This document shows positions 23,625-36,272 of a stretch of 64,000 nucleotides of DNA, in pieces. Source of the DNA: Thraustochytrium aureum (lineage: Eukaryota); the NCBI GenBank assembly GCA_012862495.1, contig BLSG01000231.1, positions 12,377 through 76,376 of the forward strand, written 5' to 3'. Each line of letters begins with the position of its first letter. Position 1 is the stretch's first letter. The notes below the pieces were generated by a model. That model searched no databases and was not told the DNA's origin. It was given only the letters and a program-made list of their open reading frames with translations. Position numbers and translations under genes: made by a program.

Positions 23625-24629
23625 CTCGCGCCGCGCGAATCGAGTCTGCCTGAAGGCACTCTCTGGGAAGACGACTCGAACGCTGTGGCTCGGTGGAGCG
23701 CGAGGCTCGCCCAGCGAGCAAGGTAGAGCACTTGATCAAAGAGTCGAGTAAAGAGTTGCGAGTGGGGAGAAGGAATCTATCCGTTTCGTTCTGGCATTTG
23801 GTGTGAAACGAACCGAGTCGTCCACGACTCGGCCGATCACCTACGCTCTGCGCGCTTACAAGCATTGCTCCGGCAAACGAAGGCCTGGATGGATTTCGCG
23901 CTTTGCTGGGGCCCTGAAACAAGCAGCTTGTCGAGATGAAACAGACGCAGCGTGTGGGGTGGGTCTTTGCCAGCACGTTTCGGCGTCGTCTGCCGGCTGG
24001 ACATCATGCTGTTCCGCACGACGCACGCAGGCACCAAGGAGGCCGATCAGCAAACAGATCGGCGGTGGGCCTCTGGGCCGAGGCGTGAGCTCTCGCCCAT
24101 TCCCTGTGCCAGCCCAGCCATCGCATTGTCGGCCGCCCGTCAGACACGGTGTTCAATGTGCCAGACGTGTTTTGATTGACAACTCGAGAGTATTCCACGA
24201 CCGCCCTGCCGATCGTCAACGACGGCATCTCCTCCGGCGGGCCACCGCCCGACCGCACGCGCACACCGTGCTCGAGCAGCAAGTCGGAGAAGAATGCTCA
24301 ACGGTAAAACCCCGACCAAATAGGTGAAGGGGTTACGTGATGGCAGAAGTGGGCCAAGTCGGGGCGTTTAGACTGTATTCTCCGAGGCGCGGTCCATCCT
24401 GACCGGTGCAACTCGCGCATGTGACGGTTGAAAATGCGGCAATGTGTCGATCGATCGACGCCAACGTGGACGTCGAGCAAGTCTGCAGAAGCTCGAACAC
24501 AACGCAGCGACCGGCTGAGCAAGCATCGGGAGCAGCAGGCCGAGCGGTTTGTTTCCTGGCAGAAGCGGAATCAAAACGCTGCTGTTGGCATCACTTGTCG
24601 TCCAAGGCGGCTCGGCCTCGACCGAAGGC

Positions 24630-24630
<1 letters not shown>

Positions 24631-24666
<36 letters not shown>

Positions 24667-24682
24667 TGAGTGCGTGCGTGCG
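24631..24682. repeat. (TGCG)n microsatellite
   Basis: About 12 copies, ending ~80 bp before the DNALI1 ATG. Confidence 0.95.
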
Positions 24683-24762
24683 TTCACGTGCGAGGTCGGG
24701 CAAGTGCCGAGGTCGAGCGCGTTGGGCGGAGCGCACGCGACGATAGCTTGCGGCTACGCAGA

Positions 24763-25588
24763 ATGGCAAACAACGGGACGAGCCTCGTGCGGTACAACAA
24801 CCCGGTGCTCGTGAGCACGAGCAAGGGGAAGGGGGCCAAGGAGAAGAAGAATGTCGGCAAGAAAGGTGCGGCGGTGGACCTGTCCAGCAAGGAGCTCACA
24901 CAGACGGAGGACATTCTCAACTCAATTCTCCCGCCCAAGTAAGTTGGACTCGCATGGGGCAGGAAGTGCAGGCTGCTGGTTTGCTTGCGCGCACTTGCTT
25001 GGCTCGACGCGGCTGACGGACACCGCCGCGCGCAGGGAGTGGACCAAGAACGGCCAGCTCTGGGTCCAGTACGTGTCGAGCACGCCAGCGACGCGCCTCG
25101 ACGTGGTCAACCTGCAGGAGCAACTGGACCAGCGGTTGCAACAGCGCCAGGCGCGCGAGACGGGAATCTGCCCCATCCGCGAGGAGCTCTACGCCCAGTG
25201 CTTTGACGAGCTGATCCGCCAAGTCACAATCAACTGCGCCGAACGCGGCCTGCTGCTTCTCCGCGTGAGAGACGAGATTCGTATGACCATAGCAGCTTAC
25301 CAGACCCTTTATGAGAGCTCAATCGCGTTTGGCATGCGCAAGGCTTTGATGGCCGAGCAGCGCAAGTCTGAGCTTGAGGCGCGCATCAAGCACCTTCGCG
25401 ACGAGAAGAAGGACTTGGAGGACCAGGTCGGTGCGCTCAAGAGCAAGTGCGACGACATCGAGCGCACCTCGAAGGAGCGCCGCGACGAGGAGGAGAAAAA
25501 GCACAAGGAGGAGGTTGACTTTCTCAAGGAAACGAACGAGCAGCTCAAGAAAAACCTCGAGTCCCTGCTCTCGGCGCCGAAAAAGTAA
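24763..25588 (+). CDS. DNALI1: Axonemal inner-arm dynein light chain p28; intron 24939-25035
   Basis: SLVRYNNPVLVS..TEDILNSILPP|KEWTKNGQLWVQYVSSTPATRLDV..RQARETGICPIREELYAQCFDELIRQVTINCAERGLLL. GTAAGT donor, CTGAC branch site, CAG acceptor. Confidence 0.95.
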
Positions 25589-26172
25589 AATAGCCAAAAC
25601 TGTCTGCACAAGGTCCATTCCCCAATGCCCGAACCACTGTATGCCCGAACCACTCTGGGGTGTTCCCTACTTGCGCGCACGAAACGCGAGCGGGTTTCGT
25701 TGAGCCCGCAGATCATTCATTCTCACAAAGCTGGCGCACCGATGCAGAGCCACGAGCCCCTGAAAGGTGGGCCAGGCCAGAGCNNNNNNNNNNNNNNNNN
25801 NNNNNNNNNNNNNNNNNNNNNNNNNNNNNNNNNNNNNNNNNNNNNNNNNNNNNNNNNNNNNNNNNNNNNNNNNNNNNNNNNNNNNNNNNNNNNNNNNNNN
25901 NNNNNNNNNNNNNNNNNNNNNNNNNNNNNNNNNNNNNNNNNNNNNNNNNNNNNNNNNNNNNNNNNNNNNNNNNNNNNNNNAAATCTATAGATGAACGTGC
26001 GAGCGGCGCACGGGGAGACTGGCGCACTCGCCTGACTCTGCCGACAAAGGGACTGGCGCACTCGCCCGACCCTGCCGACCCGACCGGCGGACGTGTTGTT
26101 GAGGCCGGCATCAGTCGAGCAACAGTCGGCGGAAAGCACGAGTCCAGACGTCAGACCGGTGCGGCGTCCCAG

Positions 26173-29100
26173 CTACTGGTCGACCTCCATCGCCTCTGGC
26201 TCTGCCGGCTTGGCAGGGCTCGGCGACTGGTACATGGGGTCGTTGAGGTCCATGTACGAGCTGCCGCGCCTGAGTAGGCCCTTTTGCGCGGCCGTGTCGG
26301 AAATGTTGAGGCCAGTGAAGAACTCGCGATAGTCGATCGTGCCGGACCCGTCCTTGTCAAGGCCGCGGCGCAGCTCGTCAATTTGTTGCGCAGTCAGAGG
26401 CGACTCGAGGAGCGCGTTGACAGCAGAGAAGCCGTTGGCAAACTCTTCGCTGCTGATGACGCCGTCACCATTCACATCAAACATGCGGAAGGCCGCCTTG
26501 AGGTGGATGCGGTTCTGGTACAGCACGTTGGCGACCTGCTGCACCACGCCCTGCTTCCAGGAGCGCGATCGCGAGGAGCGGTCGTCGATCCAGAAGGCGT
26601 CAATAAACTCGAGGTAGTTGATCTTGCCCGAGTCGTTGGTGTCGATCACTTTGAAGAGCTTCTCGGCGTCCTTGTCCTCGAGGTCAAGCTTGCAGTAGGC
26701 CTTTAGGGCCGCGGTCCAGTCCGCGAGCTCGATAAACTGCTTGCCAGAAGGGTCGAAGCCCTTGAAGCCGTCGCGGAGCGTGTCGGTCTGGCGAAAGATG
26801 GCCTTGCAGATGTTGGTGAGGCTGGTCATCGTCCAGGCGTCCATCGTGTTCCAGTCGAGCTTCATCTTGTTGGCGCTCCGCGGCGAGATGGGGGCCCCCG
26901 GCATCTCGAGTTGCGTCTTCTCCTCGAGAACGCGCATCGACTCGGTGCGGCTGGCGCGCGCGTCGAGGCGCTTGGCTGGCGGGCGAGCAGACTCTGCGCC
27001 CTGGCTTGGGGCGCGCGCGCGCGTGGCGGAGCCGCCCGCCGAAGCGCTTTCGTCCTCGTCCTCCATAGATTCGGAGACATTGGTGAACGACACCTCGAAG
27101 GCGCTCCGCGAACTCCTTGAAGTCAATGTGGGCGTCGTCGTCGACGTCGACGGAGCGCATGAGCTCGAAGATCTGCTGGTCGGTGAGGCCGACGTTGAGC
27201 GTCTTGAGCGTCTTGACAAACTCCTCGTACTCGACCTTGCCGTCGTCATTGGTGTCGAAGCGCTTGTAGGCCCCCTCGAGGTCGGCGCCGACGAGGCTGT
27301 AGAGCTTTTCACAGATGCGGCGGATGATTGCCTCCTGCCAGCCCGCGTCCTCCTGGCGCATTTGGATCTGGAACCGAGAGAGGAACTTTGTGTAGTTGAT
27401 CCGGCCGTCCGGCTCCGCCTCGGCGAGTTGGGACTGGTAGTGCAGGAACGGGAGGTCGAGCCCAAGCACGTTGGCGAGACCTGTGGCCCACTCGACGCGC
27501 GAGACGCGGCCCGAGTGCGTCTTGTCGTTCTGGGTAAAGTACCAGTACAGGTCGAGGCGCTTGTCGCAGATGTTTTCGATGATCATCTTGACAGCGTCGC
27601 GCTCGAGAACGGCCTCGCGCTCCTCTTCGGTCACAAAGCTGCCCTTCTCGACGGCGTGGGCGTAAAACTGTTGGATCTCGGGCTGCAAGTCCGGGCCGAA
27701 GGCGATAAAGGCGCCCTTGTTGGTCTGCGTCCCACAGTACCTGCTAGCGCTAAAGATGGTGATGAGGCGGCCGTTGTGCAACACCTCGTAGCCTTCGGGG
27801 ACGCACTCGTGGGACCGCACCACAAGGGCGATCTGGTTGGTGGCGCAAAACTTGTTGGTGACGAGCGGGCCAAACTCGCAGCCCGCGCCGCGGTCCGAGG
27901 GCCGCTTGAACTTTAGGGGCCGTGGGTAGGTGGCCGTGGGGCGGGGGTCGGACCAAAGCAGGTCTTCATAGACGCGGTCCTCCATGGACTGGCCCTCGAG
28001 CGGGGGCTCGCGCTTGCGCATGATGCTTCTGATGTGCTCGATTTTGACCCCGTCGTTGCGGAACAGCCCCCCGTGGCACACAAACACGCGCGACTGGATG
28101 AGCGCGCACAGCGGCAGCGAGTCAAACATGGCCTGGCAGAGCATGTACAGCTTGAGCGACGCGAGGCGGTCGCCTGGCCCAAACGCGTTCATGCTCTGGC
28201 GCATCGCGCTCGCGCGGTCCAGCGAGTTGCGGCGCGCCCGCTTGGCGGGCGAGCCCCCAGACCCCGTTTTAGTGCTGGGCAGCATCGCAACCGTCTTTGT
28301 TTCATGGCCGTACTTGGTGAGAAGCTCTTCCTCGAAGCCCATCCAGGCGTTCTGGGCGCGCGCCTCGTGGTTCCCGCGGTTGAGGAACACGCACGTTGGG
28401 AAGAGGATCTTGAACGCGAGCATGCTGGCGATGATCTCGCACCCCTTGGTGCCACGGTCTACAAAGTCGCCGTTGAACAAATACCAGTTCTTCTCCGAGG
28501 GGAGCCCGTTGATCGTAAAGATGGTGTACAGGTCCTGCAACTGGCCGTGTGTGTCGCCCACCACGGTGAGCTTGATACCTTGAAGGATCTCAATATCCTG
28601 CACGGTGCCCTCCTCCTCGAAGAGGTGCTTGCCGTGCAGCAATAGCAGCATGAAGTACTTGAAGTGCAGCACTTTGTTCGTCTTGAACGCTTCAAGCATC
28701 TCGACCACGTTGTCGAACCGCAAGGGAAACTTGAGGTGCGGCCCGTCGTAGTCGGGGCTGACGTTGATCGCGTGCAGCATCTCGGGTTGCAGCTCCTCGA
28801 CGGCGTCGGCGGCTGCCTGTTGGAGCTCCTCCACGGTGGCGCCCATGAATAGGTCGTCCTCGGCGCTCCCGCCGGACTCTACGCTCTCTACCTCGGCTTC
28901 CGCGGCTTGCTTGTCCTGGTCCATGGCCGACCCGTCGGCGCCTTCCAGGTCGCTCCCGCTCGAGGCACTGCTCCCTGAGGCGGTTCCGGAGGCGGGGCCA
29001 GAGTTGATCATGGACTCGTTCACCTTGGTCGCGGCTTTGAGTTGCTTGGTCGCCCGCTCCACCGCCTTGCCCTTGCGCAGGCCGACTTCTTCAAAGTGGT

Positions 29101-29419
29101 TGTCCAGCACGTTCCAGGTCTTTGCGGCTGCGCGCGCGTTTACCTTTTTCTTGGCCAGCATCGTGCGCAAGTTGCTCTGCAGCTTGACTGCGGCCACCTG
29201 TTCTTCGCTGAAGGCGCTGACGTACTTTGGCTGGATGAACACGCCATGGTTTGGTTCGCACGCGAAGTAGGCTTTGCCCTGCACGGTGCCGTTGTTCTTT
29301 CCGGCCGCCTTGTCCAGCTCGATTCCCACCCACGGACCGTCGCTGTTAAAGTCCGTCGAGCCAAAGTATTTGACAACGCCGACCTTGTCGCCCTGCACGA
29401 CGACCCTGTCGCCCACTGC
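26173..29419 (-). CDS. PPEF/RdgC-type Ser/Thr phosphatase with N-terminal CAP-Gly domain, IQ motif and multiple EF-hands; start in gap; frameshift ~27100
   Basis: CAP-Gly WVGIELD..GKNNGTVQGKAYF.C; IQ-like AAVKLQSNLR; PPP motifs GDTHGQ, GDFVDRG, RGNHE, DLLWSDP, RSHE, SASRY; EF loops DTNDDGKVEYEE, DVDDDAHIDFKE, DTNDSGKINYLE, DVNGDGVISSEE, DKDGSGTIDYRE. Confidence 0.9.
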
Positions 29420-30057
29420 NNNNNNNNNNNNNNNNNNNNNNNNNNNNNNNNNNNNNNNNNNNNNNNNNNNNNNNNNNNNNNNNNNNNNNNNNNNNNNNNN
29501 NNNNNNNNNNNNNNNNNNNNNNNNNNNNNNNNNNNNNNNNNNNNNNNNNNNNNNNNNNNNNNNNNNNNNNNNNNNNNNNNNNNNNNNNNNNNNNNNNNNN
29601 NNNNNNNNNNNNNNNNNNNNNNNNNNNNNNNNNNNNNNNNNNNNNNNNNNNNNNNNNNNNNNNNNNNNNNNNNNNNNNNNNNNNNNNNNNNNNNNNNNNN
29701 NNNNNNNNNNNNNNNNNNNNNNNNNNNNNNNNNNNNNNNNNNNNNNNNNNNNNNNNNNNNNNNNNNNNNNNNNNNNNNNNNNNNNNNNNNNNNNNNNNNN
29801 NNNNNNNNNNNNNNNNNNNNNNNNNNNNNNNNNNNNNNNNNNNNNNNNNNNNNNNNNNNNNNNNNNNNNNNNNNNNNNNNNNNNNNNNNNNNNNNNNNNN
29901 NNNNNNNNNNNNNNNNNNNNNNNNNNNNNNNNNNNNNNNNNNNNNNNNNNNNNNNNNNNNNNNNNNNNNNNNNNNNNNNNNNNNNNNNNNNNNNNNNNNN
30001 NNNNNNNNNNNNNNNNNNNNNNNNNNNNNNNNNNNNNNNNNNNNNNNNNNNNNNNNN

Positions 30058-30786
30058 GAAGCGCGAGCGCCGGCCCGCCCATGACGAGGCGCGCTTGTTC
30101 TGGTCCGGAAAATACACCATGCAAACCAGGACCTTGCGCGGCTTGCACTTGCTCACGAGCTGGGAAATGTAGGCTTCCATTTCGTCCTTGAACATGCGCA
30201 AAAAGTGAGCGAACCCGATCGCCTTTCCTCGCTCCACTGAAGACTGACGCGAGCAGTGGATCAAGAGCACCAAGTTCCAAATCGTGCGCAGGGTCGGGTT
30301 GAGCGCAACATCGTTCCCGCCCACGCTCACCACCAGGATATCATCGGGGCGCAAATTGTCGCGGACGAACTCGTCTTGGGGCTCGAGCTCGCGCATGCGG
30401 TTGCGCAACTTGGTCTCTTCGACTGCGGCATTGATGCAGACGTACTTGTCCCCGAGGCCGCGATCCACAATGTGTTTGTTGACGTTGTAGCAGACGTCTC
30501 GGTACGACTCGGGGGGGTCGAGCACCCTTTCAAACCCATTCACTGCGGGCGCCCGGCCATCAATCCAAAACTTGTTGTCCAGCGACGAGTCTCCCGCGAG
30601 CCATATCCTGCTGCGCTTTGCGCCGTCGACGCCGTCGAGCACGCGCTGCAGGTGCTCCACCTTGTGCCCGTGGTACTCGCAGTAGAACCGAGGGCTGCTC
30701 ACGGCCGTCTTGTCCTCGTCGCTGCTCCACCCAAACCTCAGCGCCCGCTCTTGCGCAAACCCCCGGCCGTGGGCCCGGAGCATCAT
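30058..30786 (-). CDS. SGNH/GDSL hydrolase-like protein; 3' end in gap
   Basis: Block I IWLAGDSSLDN and block III VVSVGGND. Confidence 0.7.
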
Positions 30787-30870
30787 CTTGGCCTGAAGCG
30801 GGCCGTCGCGACGGGCCCAAAGGCAGCCACGAGACGGACCACCAGGATGTTCCACAACCTCCCAGTACAC

Positions 30871-30916
30871 CTGCTGACGGACGCTGCTGACGGACGCTGC
30901 TGACGGACGCTGCTGC
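30871..30916. repeat. 13-bp tandem repeat
   Basis: CTGCTGACGGACG x3 plus partial. Confidence 0.9.
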
Positions 30917-32274
30917 GACCGCCACGGCCGCCACCACGGCCTCGGCTCGGCTTCGTTCGTTGCGCGATTGCAGCTCCGCCCGTGCCCAAAGCAGGCCAAC
31001 ATCGCACGCTGTTCATTCCCAACCAGTCCAAATCACCCACGTCCCGCTCCGCGTCACCAACGACCCCAATCACGTCACCACTCACGCGAGAGGTGTGCGA
31101 CGCTTGCCGTCCCTCCAAAACCGCGTCGCACACCTGGCTCGCGAGGCCCTGTGAGGGAGCNNNNNNNNNNNNNNNNNNNNNNNNNNNNNNNNNNNNNNNN
31201 NNNNNNNNNNNNNNNNNNNNNNNNNNNNNNNNNNNNNNNNNNNNNNNNNNNNNNNNNNNNNNNNNNNNNNNNNNNNNNNNNNNNNNNNNNNNNNNNNNNN
31301 NNNNNNNNNNNNNNNNNNNNNNNNNNNNNNNNNNNNNNNNNNNNNNNNNNNNNNNNNNNNNNNNNNNNNNNNNNNNNNNNNNNNNNNNNNNNNNNNNNNN
31401 NNNNNNNNNNNNNNNNNNNNNNNNNNNNNNNNNNNNNNNNNNNNNNNNNNNNNNNNNNNNNNNNNNNNNNNNNNNNNNNNNNNNNNNNNNNNNNNNNNNN
31501 NNNNNNNNNNNNNNNNNNNNNNNNNNNNNNNNNNNNNNNNNNNNNNNNNNNNNNNNNNNNNNNNNNNNNNNNNNNNNNNNNNNNNNNNNNNNNNNNNNNN
31601 NNNNNNNNNNNNNNNNNNNNNNNNNNNNNNNNNNNNNNNNNNNNNNNNNNNNNNNNNNNNNNNNNNNNNNNNNNNNNNNNNNNNNNNNNNNNNNNNNNNN
31701 NNNNNNNNNNNNNNNNNNNNNNNNNNNNNNNNNNNNNNNNNNNNNNNNNNNNNNNNNNNNNNNNNNNNNNNNNNNNNNNNNNNNNNNNNNNNNNNNNNNN
31801 NNNNNNNNNNNNNNNNNNNNNNNNNNNNNNNNNNNNNNNNNNNNNNNNNNNNNNNNNNNNNNNNNNNNNNNNNNNNNNNNNNNNNNNNNNNNNNNNNNNN
31901 NNNNNNNNNNNNNNNNNNNNNNNNNNNNNNNNNNNNNNNNNNNNNNNNNNNNNNNNNNNNNNNNNNNNNNNNNNNNNNNNNNNNNNNNNNNNNNNNNNNN
32001 NNNNNNNNNNNNNNNNNNNNNNNNNNNNNNNNNNNNNNNNNNNNNNNNNNNNNNNNNNNNNNNAGGTCGGCCGGATCCTCCTTGGTGGATTTGCTTGCTG
32101 GCCTCCAGTGGTGGCCAGCACGTCCACGTGGCCGCCCACGCGCCAAGCGCACACTGACCCCCTGGAAATGGCCCCCCCAAAACTCGTAGAAACTGGGCCT
32201 CATCGTTTTCTAATTCTAATCAGAACGGTGAGTAATAGTAAAGCCGACGCGCGGCAGGGGGCGTACACGTTCGC

Positions 32275-33312
32275 TCAAGGGGCCAAGCGCGCGACCTTCG
32301 AGTTGCAGGTGGGCTGCGAAGGCGCCACGGCCGAGCGCCTCTCGGACTGCACCAGAAAAGCTGAACGATGCAACTCACCCCGCTCTTGTATCCGCGAGCA
32401 AGCCGCCAGAAGCCGCGCCGTCGGGGCGTCCAGCTCGGTGATGATCGTCGTCGACTTGATGACCGACAACCCCGGCAGGTTGAACAACGCGGCCCGAGTG
32501 TTCTTTATCCAGTAGATTTGAAGGTTGAACATGGCCGAGAGCACGACTGTGGAAAGCCGCATCGACTCCCTCCCGAAGATTTCGAGCGACCTGTCGTTGA
32601 TCTCAATGTGGTTGAACAGGAGGCCAACGTGCAAAGCGCCCGAAATGCAGAAGAAACAGCACGACGTCGCAAGAAGCGCGGGCCTGCGAAAATTGCCAGG
32701 GATGGCGTCCACGAACGCCGTGACGTTAAACATGAGCGAGAGCACAAAAGCAGCCACGATTCGCACATCCAGGAACAAGTTGGCCAACGCCCAAAACACC
32801 ACAATCGAGTTGATTGCAATAACCCAAGCCTCAAACCGCGAGTACGCCATGCGAAGCAGGTCTAAATTGGCCAGCGAGATCCACATTGGAAGCTGGACGA
32901 GGAGAACCCCAACAGCAATCAAAATGATGTGCGCGGACTTGTTCACAAGACTCCATGTCAGCATTCCGTACCCGCAAAAGCCCAGCACTATGATACAGAT
33001 GGGCCCGACTGGCGTTCGGTGAAGCGCAATTAGCGCGGAGCTGAACGCAGGGCCTGCGATTCGGGCGCCAAGCATGTTCGACGTCTTGACCTCGAGCACC
33101 TGGGAAGAGTTCAATAGGAGCCGCACTTTGGCNNNNNNNNNNNNNNNNNNNNNNNNNNNNNNNNNNNNNNNNNNNNNNNNNNNNNNNNNNNNNNNNNNNN
33201 NNNNNNNNNNNNNNNNNNNNNNNNNNNNNNNNNNNNNNNNNNNNNNNNNNNNNNNNNNNNNNNNNNNNNNNNNNNNNNNNNNNNNNNNNNNNNNNNNNNN
33301 NNNGATCGCCAT
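32275..33312 (-). CDS. Uncharacterised multi-pass membrane protein, tandem paralogue A (gap inside)
   Basis: LLLNSSQVLEVKTSNMLG..ANLDLLRMAYSRFEAW..FLDVRI..VDAIP..YWIKNTRAALF aligns by eye with paralogue B. Confidence 0.75.
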   Translation of the reverse strand: MAIXXXXXXXXXXXXXXXXXXXXXXXXXXXXXXXXXXXXXXXXXXXXXXXXXXXXXXXXXAKVRLLLNSSQVLEVKTSNMLGARIAGPAFSSALIALHRTPVGPICIIVLGFCGYGMLTWSLVNKSAHIILIAVGVLLVQLPMWISLANLDLLRMAYSRFEAWVIAINSIVVFWALANLFLDVRIVAAFVLSLMFNVTAFVDAIPGNFRRPALLATSCCFFCISGALHVGLLFNHIEINDRSLEIFGRESMRLSTVVLSAMFNLQIYWIKNTRAALFNLPGLSVIKSTTIITELDAPTARLLAACSRIQERGELHRSAFLVQSERRSAVAPSQPTCNSKVARLAP

Positions 33313-33722
33313 GCCCCTCGCTGACCCTCTTTGCTCGCGCTAGGAGGCGCTCCGCCAGCGCCGCGGTCAGGTCTTCTGCTACTGGTGAGCGCCGTGCTTG
33401 CCTTCCAGCCATGAGGACTGGCGCCGATGAACACAAGCCCGCCCTTCGGCAGGTCTGGTTGCAAAGCGCGGCGCTGCAACGTCGCCTGTTGCCTGCTGTC
33501 ACCACTGCCCCAGCTCTTGGTCTTGGTGCTGGAGCTGTCTGTGGCGAGGCCGGCTGCTCTGCACGGTGTTCGACTCGCCACGCATCGCTCCAACGGATAA
33601 CTTGAGGAGTCAAGGTGACTGACTCACTGAAAAAAAGGAGCCACGCCCGGCGATGGGCCGCAGCCGAGCAGGGGCAAGTTGTTCGCTTTTCAAGATGGCA
33701 ACGTTGTCCTTGCTGTTGATTT

Positions 33723-34737
33723 CTAAACCGGTGGGCCAGCGGCGTTGAGGCCGCCCTCAGCTACCTGCGCGGAACGTGACTGGACCCGTGTCCGCCGTCG
33801 CTTGATGGCGAGCCGCTTCATCTCATCCAAGCGACCCTTCTGTAGTTTTGGCACATGCCACGATGATGCGCGCCGTCGAGGCGTCGAGCTTGTCCGCTTT
33901 GGAAGAGCTTCGAATGATGATCAGGTTGTTGGGCTTGAAGAGAGCAACCCAAGCGTACTTGATCCAATAAAGCGCCATATTCGCAAAAGCAGAGAGCGTT
34001 GCACTCGTTGCGCTAATATCGCGGATCCCAAAGGCGTCCCACACAATGTCCTCAACTTCAAACGCGTTGGTGACAATGCCCATCGAGATGACCGCCCAAG
34101 CTGCAAAAAATGATAGACAAGCGGGTATCAGTACTCCTCGCCGGACTGACACGGGTACTGCGTCAGTCAATATGCATCCAGTACACAAGCCTGTCATCGC
34201 GAACGCTGTCAGAATGCGCACATCGCGAAAGAGGGCCGACAGCGCTACGAAGGCGATGATCGCGTTCGACAGCACGACAGCCACCTCGAATCGATTGAAA
34301 ACCAGACGCAACAGCTTGACGTTTGCCATTCCCAGCCACAGCGGCGTGTTCACAAGAAGAACTGCAGTGCCGAAAACGCCAAACGCTCGTTTGTCGCGAA
34401 ACAGGCCCATAAGGAGGAAGACGACCCCCAGAACCCCCCAGACAGAGCTCACAAGTGGAAATAATGCGTGTCTGTGCACGTTCAACAGACGAGTCCCCGC
34501 CCGGGGCCCAAACATGTGCGATGCGAGCATGTCGCGCGTCTCCACCTGCTCAACCCTAGAGGTGTGGAAAAGCAGCCGAACGCGATCAGCGCCGCCGTCC
34601 ACCAGCTCGCTATCAAACTCTGCGGCGCACTCCAACATCTCCGCAACGAGCTCGTCTATTCCTCCCTCAATGACGGGGCCATGACATCTCGGCGGTGCTC
34701 CCTCCATCGCCGTCTGGCTCAGTCGCCCACGAGCCAT
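33723..34737 (-). CDS. Uncharacterised multi-pass membrane protein, tandem paralogue B (probable frameshift ~33848)
   Basis: LLFHTSRVEQVETRDMLA..ANVKLLRLVFNRFEVA..FRDVRI..TDAVP..YWIKYAWVALF. Removing one A gives ACAKLQKG (compare ACSRIQERG in A) and a stop at 33723. Confidence 0.75.
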
Positions 34738-35354
34738 GCGCTCCGCGCGGCAGTGCTGGCCGCCGCGCGGTGTCTGCGACGGCCGTCTTGCGAGTCAAGC
34801 AATCGCTCACGGCTCACCTTGCACCAACAGTTGTGCAACGTGAGAAGCGCCAACCAACAACGCCAAAAACTGAACGACCATGTCAAATCAGCGGGCATCA
34901 ACGGAGAGCGTCGGCCCACGTTGATGCGAATCACGGAGCAAGACTCGCTCCGCCGCCTTGTCCCGACATTACACTACAGTTCCATCAGTCATCACGATCG
35001 CTTGCACTCCTGCGCGATGTTTGCCAAGTGCTCTCAGAGTCGATTGATGATTGAACGGACAAATGCCGTTGCCGCTTTGCCGAAACACGCGCACAACCAA
35101 ATCGAGAGAGTGAGGTCGCGCGTCCGTCCGAGTCCATCATTGCCAGAGTACNNNNNNNNNNNNNNNNNNNNNNNNNNNNNNNNNNNNNNNNNNNNNNNNN
35201 NNNNNNNNNNNNNNNNNNNNNNNNNNNNNNNNNNNNNNNNNNNNNNNNNNNNNNNNNNNNNNNNNNNNNNNNNNNNNNNNNNNNNNNNNNNNNNNNNNNN
35301 NNTTTGAACCCGTCTGCCTTGCTCGCCAGCGTCGGGCAGGATGCCATGCCATGC

Positions 35355-35590
35355 CAGTATGCAGGCAGGCAGGCAGGCAGGCTGGCTGGCTGGCATGGGC
35401 AGGAGTGGCGCTTGCTGGCGCGCGCCACGATGCACTCTGCTGCGCATGCGTGTTTGCGTGCCTGCGTGCAAGCCTGCCAGCCCGCAAGCCCGCGAGGAAG
35501 CAAGCAAGCCTGCGTGCCAGCCTGCAAGCCTGCGAGGAAGCAAGCAAGCGCTTGAGCGTGCGTGAAGCGTGCGTGAAGCGTGCGTGCGTT
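35355..35590. repeat. Compound GCAG/GCAA/GCGT microsatellite with a ~41-bp duplication
   Basis: (GCAG)n, GCAAGCC(C/T)GCGAGGAAGCAAGCAAGC twice, and GCGTGCGTGAA repeats. Confidence 0.8.
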
Positions 35591-36272
35591 TTGGTCACGC
35601 GGCGCCCTGACATCGAATCTTGCGCGGCTGAAAACCGCCCAGTCCCACCTCCGCCCATACAACTCCCTCCCTGCCGCAGGGCACTTCATCGCCTCACGCT
35701 CCCCTCTACGGAAACCGCCCTCTTTCCTTTCCCTCGCTGGCTCGCACGCCGCACGCTCGGGCCTCCTTGCTGCTAATTAAAGCTCGCCGGCGTTCTTTCT
35801 GCTCGCCACCTTGGGCATGCAGTGCTCGCTCGAATTCGGTTTGTTCTTTTGCACCGCGCCAATGTAGAGTGGCAGTAAGAGTACTTCTTCCCACTCACAA
35901 GCCTCGTCAGAGTTTTGACTTTTGGGGCGTTCATCGAGATTGGGGCGTGCGCAGTGGCGATTGCAGACCTCGAAAGCGACCGCGCTGCGACGCTGCGCGA
36001 GCCTGACTGCTCGAGGTGCGCCAATCCATCCTGGAGAGAAACAACCTGCAAGACCTGCCAGGCCCCGTGGCACCTGCCTGGACTTGGCCGGCGCGGGACG
36101 GCGCCTCCACGGAGTTGGACTAGGTTGCGTGGCGAACGGCAGCAGTACGTACGCCGACGACTCGCCAGCGCGCCAGTGCCTGCCTGTGGTGCTTGCTGTA
36201 TTCACGTGCCGAGCGGTGGCGGAAAGGCCCTCGGTCGGGCGGCCAGTGCTGGGCCGCAGGAGACTGAGCGCG

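Noticed and set aside
26684..30280. 1198-aa ORF joining the SGNH region to PPEF
   Set aside because: It spans a 638-N gap, and the upstream part is an off-frame reading of the separate SGNH gene.
33720..33850. TGA readthrough or an alternative genetic code at the end of paralogue B
   Set aside because: One extra A explains it and restores similarity to paralogue A. TAA, TAG and TGA all terminate conserved genes normally in this window.
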